A stretch of DNA of 14,804 nt, from assembly GCA_033763905.1 (NCBI GenBank), contig JANRJP010000120.1, forward strand, positions 1 to 14,804, given 5' to 3'. Source of the DNA: Gemmatimonadaceae bacterium. GTDB taxonomy: Bacteria; Gemmatimonadota; Gemmatimonadetes; Gemmatimonadales; Gemmatimonadaceae. Below are positions 8,641 to 14,804 of this stretch, in pieces (position 1 is the first letter of the stretch; each line of letters starts with the position of its first letter). Both the position numbers and the translations under genes were made by a program. Below the pieces are notes generated by a model. That model saw nothing but the letters and a program-made list of their open reading frames with translations. It ran no database searches and was not told the origin of the DNA.

Positions 8641-11600
8641 TTAGCAGCCGGTGGAGACGTTGAACTGGGGGGTGATGAGGGAGAAGCCGGAGACGCCGGG
8701 GGTCCACGAAAGCAGGTTTGAAATCGCAGGTCCCGTGAAGCGTACCTGCAGCACGCCTGCCCCGGTCTGCACGTTGCGAATGAGTCCGCCGGCTGGCCCC
8801 GCGATGACTCCGCTGGAGCCGGAGCAAGCGTGCAGTGTCACGCCATCGGGAATCGTGAGCGTGCCCGAAATGTTCAGGAAACCACCGCTCGCGAGCGTTC
8901 CGATGCGCCGCAACGGCCCTCCGACGGTAGCAGTGGCACCCGCATTCACCGTCAGATTGCCAATCACAAAACGAGCGTCGGCTGGAACAGTCTGGTTTTG
9001 TGCGGTGCCGCCGACGACCAGTGTGGTGATCGTGGTCGGCCCCAGCACATTCGCGAGACCGGTGGCGTTATCGAGCTGCAAGACGGCAAGCACCAGCGTC
9101 GTATTCGCTGTGGTGCTGGCCACGCCCCGGACCGTAAACGCGTGCGCGCCATTCTGATTCACCGTGATCGCGGCCGACGGCGACGTCACGGTGAAGTCGG
9201 TCTGAGTAAGCACCGGATTGTCCATCCGCACCGTACGACTCCCATTGCCGGCGATCTCCAAGGCGTTGATCGCGACATTGGTAGCAGCCACGTTGACGTG
9301 CACGAACTGCAGCGTCGCGTCGTTGCGTGTGAGGACGTACTTGTGCGAGCCGCTCGCCACGGCGTTGGCAGTCTGCACGCTCAAGTTGCCGCCCAAGGAG
9401 ATGACGCCGTCGCTGAGTGTGGACGACGCGCCGGCATCGCTGGCAAAGGTGACGTTGCCGGTGACTCGCAGCGAGTCGGCAGCGCCGAACATGAAGAGCC
9501 GCCCGCCGTTGCTCACGTTCATATTGCCGCCCACAGTCAGCACGCGGCCGCCGAGCGAGAGAATGGGAATCGTGGCGCCTGCCGCGCCGACATTGAGATC
9601 AGCGCTAAGTGCCGTGTTCCCCGCCAGCGTGGTTTGCGACAGCACATTCACCGTTCGGTACGGCAAACCGGCGCGCAGTGTAATGGTGTCCGGGCTGAAC
9701 GCCGGGGCGACCGGTCCTAACCAGAGCACCGACGGGGCGAATCCGCTCGTCGGACTGACGTTGCCGGTACCCGACGGGTGCTGCACCTGCACATAGAGGT
9801 CATTGAACGCGCTACCCGCCGCCGCAACCAGTGGACCGCGTACCGAGACACCGTAGCTCGAGTTGTACGATGCGACGGTGGTCGCGCTGGAAACGCGCAT
9901 CGTGTCGGTCACGACGTTGGTCTGCCCTTGGAAGAAAATGCCGCGCGTGCCGGTGACTTCGAGATTGCGAAACGTCGCGTTGCCGTTGATGTTCGCGGCA
10001 GGCGCGCCACTGCCGGTAAAGAGCACTTTGTGCGTGCCTCCCGCCGTCGGGGCCAAGTTGTTACTCGTAAAGGTCGTCCCGCGGACGATCATCACGCCCG
10101 CACTGGGTGTCACCGCCGTGCCGCCATCGTAGAAGTGATTGAGCGCATCAATGGTGTCGGCCATCTGCGTCATCACGACGGTGCCGCCCGTGCCGAGGTC
10201 AAACGTTCCGCCGACGGTCAACTTCCGTGCCGCCAGTGTCAGAGCACCTCCACTCACCGAGAACGCGCCGGTTACCGACGTATTGCCGAGGAGTGACGTT
10301 CCGGCATACAGCTCGATGTTCTGATACGGCAACGCCGGGTTGATCTGCGCCCCGGTGCCATAGAATCGCACGACGCCGGGCGTAAACGTCGCGGCGGCCG
10401 CGACGCCGGCTGTGCCTTGTGGCGCACCCAGGTTCAAATACATCGCACTCAACGTGCCGCCGGACATGCGCAATCCGGCGCTCGTCCCCAAGGCCACACC
10501 ATACGCGGTGTTGTACGACGTCAGCGTACCCCCGGTGATGATCAGCGAGTCGCCGACCGTATTCGTCTGTCCTTGGAAGAAGACGGTGAGGCCGCTCGTG
10601 CCGTCGACTCGCAGTCGCGCGAATGCCGCATTGGAGTTGATGTTGAACTGCCGAGCGCCCGCCGCAAAGCCGGTGTCACTGAAGATGACTGTGTTCGTCC
10701 CGCTCGGCGCGAAGTTGGTGAACGAGTTGTTGCCGCTACGGACGATGATGGTGCCGTTGCTGACCGTGCCCGCGGTGCCGCCGTCCCAAGTGACGCCGAA
10801 GCTGGCGCTCCCGTTGCCGGCCACAATCGAGTCGGCCGGGTTGGTCATCGACGCGCTGCCGTTGTCGGTCAAGTCGAAGCCGCCCGGGGCCACGATCTTC
10901 CGCCCATTCAACGTCAGGACGTTCCCCGCGCCATAGACCGCTACGAAGTTCGACACTTCCAGGTTGGACGACATCGTGTACGACGTCAGGAAATACACGC
11001 CCTGCAATTGGATGTTCGGCGCGACCCGCAAGACGGTACCGGGTCCGGTGCCGGTACTCGAAATGCGCAACTGGGCCGGAGAGAACGTGCCATTCACCTG
11101 CGCCAGCGTGGATGTGCCTTCCAAGTTGAAGTTGGTGCCGCTGATCACCGTACCCACCGCCGTCACGAAGGCGTTCCTCGCCACCCAGTACGAGTTGGTG
11201 GTGCCCGAGATGGTGGCACCCGAGAGCGGCAACACGAGCGAATCCGTCGCGACCATCGTGACGCAGCAATCGCCGGACTGCACGGCGGCCGTCACGTTCC
11301 GATTCTCGATCCGAGGAATCTGCCGTACTTGGTTGCCAGAGTAGATGTTCTGCGTGGCCGTCCCAGCGAAGATCAGCTTGAACGTGGTGCCAGACGCGGC
11401 GAAGCCGTTCAGGTTCACGTCGCCGCGCGCCGTCAGCTGCCCGCCGGACGCCGTGGTCCCCGGCGCCGCGATATCGAAATAGCCCCCGACGGTCAGCGTG
11501 TCCCCGTTGGCAATCACGAATCGCGCGCCGGTGGCGGTGCGCATCGCACCCGCAATGCTGACCGTGCGGCCCCCAATCGTGACGATCGTCGAGGCGTTCT

Positions 11601-14010
11601 GCGCGTAGAGCTCGCCGTTGATCGTCATATTGCCGAGCAACGTGTTCGACGCAAAGAAGCGCAGGTTGTTGTAGCTCAGCGCCGCACGGACCGGCGCATC
11701 GGGGCTGGCAAAGTCGGTGAACGTCGGCGCCCAGCCGCCGAGCACGTTGGACGTGCCGGTGGGGTTGGCCAAAGTCACGCCGTAGCCGCCGACCGTGCTG
11801 CCGACCACCGTTTGGAGATCGCCGTCCACGCGCCAGAAGTACGACGTGCACGTACTCACGTTCACCGGGGTACTCACGCGGAACGTGCCGCGCACCCGCA
11901 GGTTGCCGCTGCAGACGCTGGCGCCACCGGCGTTGGCAACCTCGAGGTTCTGCACGATGTTGGTCGGCCGCGACGACGCGTCGAACCCGTTGAGGCTCTG
12001 CGCGCCTGCCGCCGAGCGATTCAATACCAGCCGGTGGCTCCCGCTCGACCCGAACCGCTGGCCGCTGATGTCGCCACCCACCAGCAGCACGCCCGCGGTC
12101 AGACGCGTTTCAAGGTCGGCACTGTTGTTGGCGATCAGGTCCCCGGCCACCACCACCGAGTCGGTGGCATCGGTCATCGTGAACACGCCGCTGTTCACGA
12201 TCGACAGGTTGCCGAGCCGCACCGCGCGCGGCGTGGCAATGTCCACTGCCGCGTTGACGCCGTCGACCAACAACGTGCCGGTCATCCGCACCGAATCGGC
12301 AATCACCGTGTTCTGGAACACTTCCACGTTGGCGTACGCCAGCCCAGCCTTGATCGTCGGCGCCACCGCGGTGAAGTCGACAAAGCTCGGCGAGAACGCG
12401 CCGTTCACGCCAGCGGTCCCCGATCCGTCCGCGAGCACGAGCCCATAGGGCGTCACCGAACTGCCAGCCACCGTAGCCAGCGGCCCGTCGATTCTGAACG
12501 TGTAGGACGTGCACGTGGTGATTGGCGCGGCCACTTCCACCGTGAATGAGCCAGTCACACGGAGCTGCGGCGAGCACACGCTCACACCGCCCGTGCTGAT
12601 GACGCGTACGTGGCGCAGGCCCGTGCCCGGCCGCGCGTTGCCATCGAAGTTGGACAGACTGCTGGGCACGGCCCCGGCGAAGATCGTCGTGTGCGTGCCG
12701 CTCGCGGCAAACGCGGCGCCATCGCTGATGCTCCCGCGCACGATCAACGTACCAGCGGTCATCGCGCCGACGTGCGAGGCGGCCGTGCTTGCATAGACGA
12801 GCGTGCCGGCGACATCGAGCGTGTCGGCCGTGCTGTCCATCTGCACCAAGCCGCCGTTGCGGACGTCGAGCGCCGAGGACGGCGCGGTCAACACGAGCTT
12901 GCGCCCCGCCAGATCCAGCACCGTGGAAGTGCCGGTCACGTTGAGCGAGTTGATGCGCACCGAGTCGGCCAGACGCACCGTTCCGCCGCCCGTGGCGACG
13001 ATGTTGCCCAGCAGCGGACCGCGCATCCGCGCGTTGCCGGTCAGCGCCACTTCACCGTTGGTCGACAGCGCCCCGCCCTCGGCGCTCAAGACACCACCTT
13101 CAACCGTGAGCCGACGGAAGTTGAGATTGAGCACACCGCCGGGCCGCAGCACGAGATCGCGCACGCGGAACGTATCGACGACCGTGATCGCCGGCTGATT
13201 CGCCGCCGCGCCAATCACGACGCTGTCCGTTGCGGTGGGGACCCCCGCGGGGTTCCAGTTGTTCGGCTGCGACCACAACGTCGGCTGCCCCGTGAAGCCG
13301 CCAACCCAGGTGCGGAGATAGCTCGGCGGCGCCGGCCCAACCGCTGGAGTGATCGTGACCGTGGCCGTGCCCGCCGCGCCCGCCGCGACCGCGACGACGC
13401 GCACTGTGCCGGTGTCGCGCGTGATCGCACGACCCAGCGAGTCGATGGTGAGCTTGCGCGTGTCCGTCGACGCCCAGCGCACGACCGGACTCGCTTGCAC
13501 CGCACCCGCGGCGTCGGTCACCGTGGCCTGGAAGACCAACGTGTCATCCACCGCCAGCGTCCATACCGCCGGCGTCACGGTGACCACCGCCACGCCGAAC
13601 GAGACCGTGACGGGCACGGTGCCGGCCAGCGGCAGCAGTTGCAGGCTGATGGCCGGGTTCACGCCTTCGACGATCGTCACCGTCCGCGTGCCGCGATGCG
13701 TTTCCGTGCGCCCGTCGAACGCGCGCACGGTGAGCAAGCGGCCGCCACCCGCAGGAATCGTGACCGAGCCGGTCGCGGCCTGGTTCACGATCGGCAGGTT
13801 GAAGACCAGCGTCTGCGGAATGTCCGGCGCCGTGACTTCGATGACGAGGTTCGTTGCCGTTTGCGCGTCGAACGCCGCATAGACGGACAAGCGCCCGGAG
13901 CCCGGCGGAATCGACGAATCGTCAGGCGACATCCCGTCGCGGCAGCCGGCCACGACGATCACCAACGCTGCTGCCGCCGCCACCAGACGGCGCCACGAGT
14001 TACGCATCAC
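8641..14010 (-). CDS. Giant surface lipoprotein: Ig-like and Big_2-like domains followed by six ~222-aa beta-rich repeats (adhesin-like)
   Basis: Signal MRNSWRRLVAAAAALVIVVAG-C (lipobox); VTVTP..VRWASTD..G Big_2-like segment; TWVGG..WSQPNNW..GVPTATDSVVI cap motif; G/T/V/S/A/N-rich repeats. Start is GTG 14010 or ATG 14007, both overlapping the upstream stop. Confidence 0.85.
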   Translation of the reverse strand: MMRNSWRRLVAAAAALVIVVAGCRDGMSPDDSSIPPGSGRLSVYAAFDAQTATNLVIEVTAPDIPQTLVFNLPIVNQAATGSVTIPAGGGRLLTVRAFDGRTETHRGTRTVTIVEGVNPAISLQLLPLAGTVPVTVSFGVAVVTVTPAVWTLAVDDTLVFQATVTDAAGAVQASPVVRWASTDTRKLTIDSLGRAITRDTGTVRVVAVAAGAAGTATVTITPAVGPAPPSYLRTWVGGFTGQPTLWSQPNNWNPAGVPTATDSVVIGAAANQPAITVVDTFRVRDLVLRPGGVLNLNFRRLTVEGGVLSAEGGALSTNGEVALTGNARMRGPLLGNIVATGGGTVRLADSVRINSLNVTGTSTVLDLAGRKLVLTAPSSALDVRNGGLVQMDSTADTLDVAGTLVYASTAASHVGAMTAGTLIVRGSISDGAAFAASGTHTTIFAGAVPSSLSNFDGNARPGTGLRHVRVISTGGVSVCSPQLRVTGSFTVEVAAPITTCTSYTFRIDGPLATVAGSSVTPYGLVLADGSGTAGVNGAFSPSFVDFTAVAPTIKAGLAYANVEVFQNTVIADSVRMTGTLLVDGVNAAVDIATPRAVRLGNLSIVNSGVFTMTDATDSVVVAGDLIANNSADLETRLTAGVLLVGGDISGQRFGSSGSHRLVLNRSAAGAQSLNGFDASSRPTNIVQNLEVANAGGASVCSGNLRVRGTFRVSTPVNVSTCTSYFWRVDGDLQTVVGSTVGGYGVTLANPTGTSNVLGGWAPTFTDFASPDAPVRAALSYNNLRFFASNTLLGNMTINGELYAQNASTIVTIGGRTVSIAGAMRTATGARFVIANGDTLTVGGYFDIAAPGTTASGGQLTARGDVNLNGFAASGTTFKLIFAGTATQNIYSGNQVRQIPRIENRNVTAAVQSGDCCVTMVATDSLVLPLSGATISGTTNSYWVARNAFVTAVGTVISGTNFNLEGTSTLAQVNGTFSPAQLRISSTGTGPGTVLRVAPNIQLQGVYFLTSYTMSSNLEVSNFVAVYGAGNVLTLNGRKIVAPGGFDLTDNGSASMTNPADSIVAGNGSASFGVTWDGGTAGTVSNGTIIVRSGNNSFTNFAPSGTNTVIFSDTGFAAGARQFNINSNAAFARLRVDGTSGLTVFFQGQTNTVGDSLIITGGTLTSYNTAYGVALGTSAGLRMSGGTLSAMYLNLGAPQGTAGVAAAATFTPGVVRFYGTGAQINPALPYQNIELYAGTSLLGNTSVTGAFSVSGGALTLAARKLTVGGTFDLGTGGTVVMTQMADTIDALNHFYDGGTAVTPSAGVMIVRGTTFTSNNLAPTAGGTHKVLFTGSGAPAANINGNATFRNLEVTGTRGIFFQGQTNVVTDTMRVSSATTVASYNSSYGVSVRGPLVAAAGSAFNDLYVQVQHPSGTGNVSPTSGFAPSVLWLGPVAPAFSPDTITLRAGLPYRTVNVLSQTTLAGNTALSADLNVGAAGATIPILSLGGRVLTVGGNMNVSNGGRLFMFGAADSLRVTGNVTFASDAGASSTLSDGVISLGGNLSVQTANAVASGSHKYVLTRNDATLQFVHVNVAATNVAINALEIAGNGSRTVRMDNPVLTQTDFTVTSPSAAITVNQNGAHAFTVRGVASTTANTTLVLAVLQLDNATGLANVLGPTTITTLVVGGTAQNQTVPADARFVIGNLTVNAGATATVGGPLRRIGTLASGGFLNISGTLTIPDGVTLHACSGSSGVIAGPAGGLIRNVQTGAGVLQVRFTGPAISNLLSWTPGVSGFSLITPQFNVSTGC
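8900..12945 (-). repeat. Six tandem degenerate protein repeats of 221-227 aa
   Basis: Units start near 12945, 12273, 11610, 10944, 10263 and 9597. Recurring elements: LxLxGRxLxV, MxxxxD(S/T)LxV, GxxxVxG, (S/G)G(T/S)HxxxF, GTxxVxxxFxP, LxYxNxx. The end of unit 6 is approximate. Confidence 0.8.
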
Positions 14011-14804
14011 GGAGCGATCCTCACCGAAGCAGACGCACCGCGATTCCGCAGCGCGACAGAGTCAAGCACGGTCGGCGTTGCGCCGACGAACACCCGAAGC
14101 GTGGACACCCGCCAGACACCCGTCGCGGCACCGGCCGCGAAGGTCAGCGGGCAACGGAACATCCCGGCGGTGCGCGTCCCATTGGCCGGCACCAGCGACG
14201 AACAGCCCACCGGCGCGCCCGTCCCGCCCGGAGGCGTCGAAGACACCTGCACGCTGTCGATCCCCACCGGATGCCGCAGGACCACGTCGGCATTCGACGT
14301 CCCGCTCGCGACAAGCAGGGTGTCGGTCACCGCAAGGGTCTCGAGAATGACCCCCGGCGTAATGCTGATCGTGGTGCTCGCCGCCGAACCAAACGCGGTC
14401 GCGGTGACGGTCACGCTTCCAGTGTCGAGCGCGGTCACGACACCGGCCGCCGACACCGCCGCTGCGGGCGGCCGACTCAACGCGTAGGTCACCGGCACGG
14501 CCACCACGGCGTTCAGGGCATCCCTGACCTCGGGCGTCAGCTGCACCGTCCCGCCCGCCGCCACCGACGCCGCGCTCGCCGTGAGCGACACGGAGAGTCG
14601 GCCGACCACGGCCGTCACTGGCACGTCACCCAGCAGGGGCAACAGCGTGAGCGTGAGCCCGGTATTGGTGCCCGCCGCCACCGTTACAGTGCGCGAGCCG
14701 CGGTACGTCGCGACGCCACTCGCGTCGAACGCTTCGGCCGTCACGACTCGGCCGGTGCCCACGGGCAGCGTCAGCGTGCCGCGCGCCGTGTCGTTGACGA
14801 TCGG
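14007..14804 (-). CDS. Ig-like/Big_2 domain protein paralogous to the N-terminus of the giant lipoprotein (5'-truncated by window edge)
   Basis: Frame is open to the window end (PIVNDTARGTLTLPVGTGRVVTAEAFD...) and aligns with the downstream protein over 150 aa. Stop TGA at 14009-14007 overlaps the next start. Confidence 0.85.
   Translation of the reverse strand, partial: PIVNDTARGTLTLPVGTGRVVTAEAFDASGVATYRGSRTVTVAAGTNTGLTLTLLPLLGDVPVTAVVGRLSVSLTASAASVAAGGTVQLTPEVRDALNAVVAVPVTYALSRPPAAAVSAAGVVTALDTGSVTVTATAFGSAASTTISITPGVILETLAVTDTLLVASGTSNADVVLRHPVGIDSVQVSSTPPGGTGAPVGCSSLVPANGTRTAGMFRCPLTFAAGAATGVWRVSTLRVFVGATPTVLDSVALRNRGASASVRIAP

Noticed and set aside
7508..8644. 378-aa plus-strand ORF, and the 5' extensions of the HNH (to 7780) and HIT (to 8584) ORFs
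   Set aside because: Antisense to HIT or running through hairpin-rich non-coding DNA; no domain signal.
8641..14010. Classical autotransporter, RTX or T9SS cargo
   Set aside because: No C-terminal beta-barrel ending in an aromatic residue, no GGxGxD repeats and no evident sorting domain; it has a lipobox instead.
10417..14487. 710-aa and 625-aa plus-strand ORFs
   Set aside because: Antisense shadows of the giant lipoprotein and its paralogue.

Overview
GC-rich bacterial window; gene content and style suggest Gemmatimonadota, which is an inference. Left to right it holds: the 3' end of nadE; a HupE/UreJ, M1 metallopeptidase and DUF6702-like triad; an SDR divergent from a Cys-containing HxlR/DUF24 regulator across an AT-rich spacer with tandem palindromes; an AraC-HTH/O6-methylguanine methyltransferase fusion of the Cada2 type (RLHD and PCHR motifs, no N-Ada Zn domain) with a candidate GCAA-N4-CGG box; and a Cys/Met-metabolism PLP enzyme. 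On the minus strand follow a small Zn-HNH endonuclease behind a ~290-nt highly structured non-coding region, a HIT hydrolase with a histone-H1-like tail, and two coupled paralogous genes sharing a 150-aa Ig/Big_2-like module. One of these encodes a 1789-aa lipoprotein with six ~222-aa beta-rich repeats. The best novelty candidates are the structured RNA plus HNH unit, the modular giant lipoprotein pair, and the Cada2-like circuit coupled to sulfur amino-acid metabolism. No rRNA, tRNA, CRISPR array or transposase was seen.
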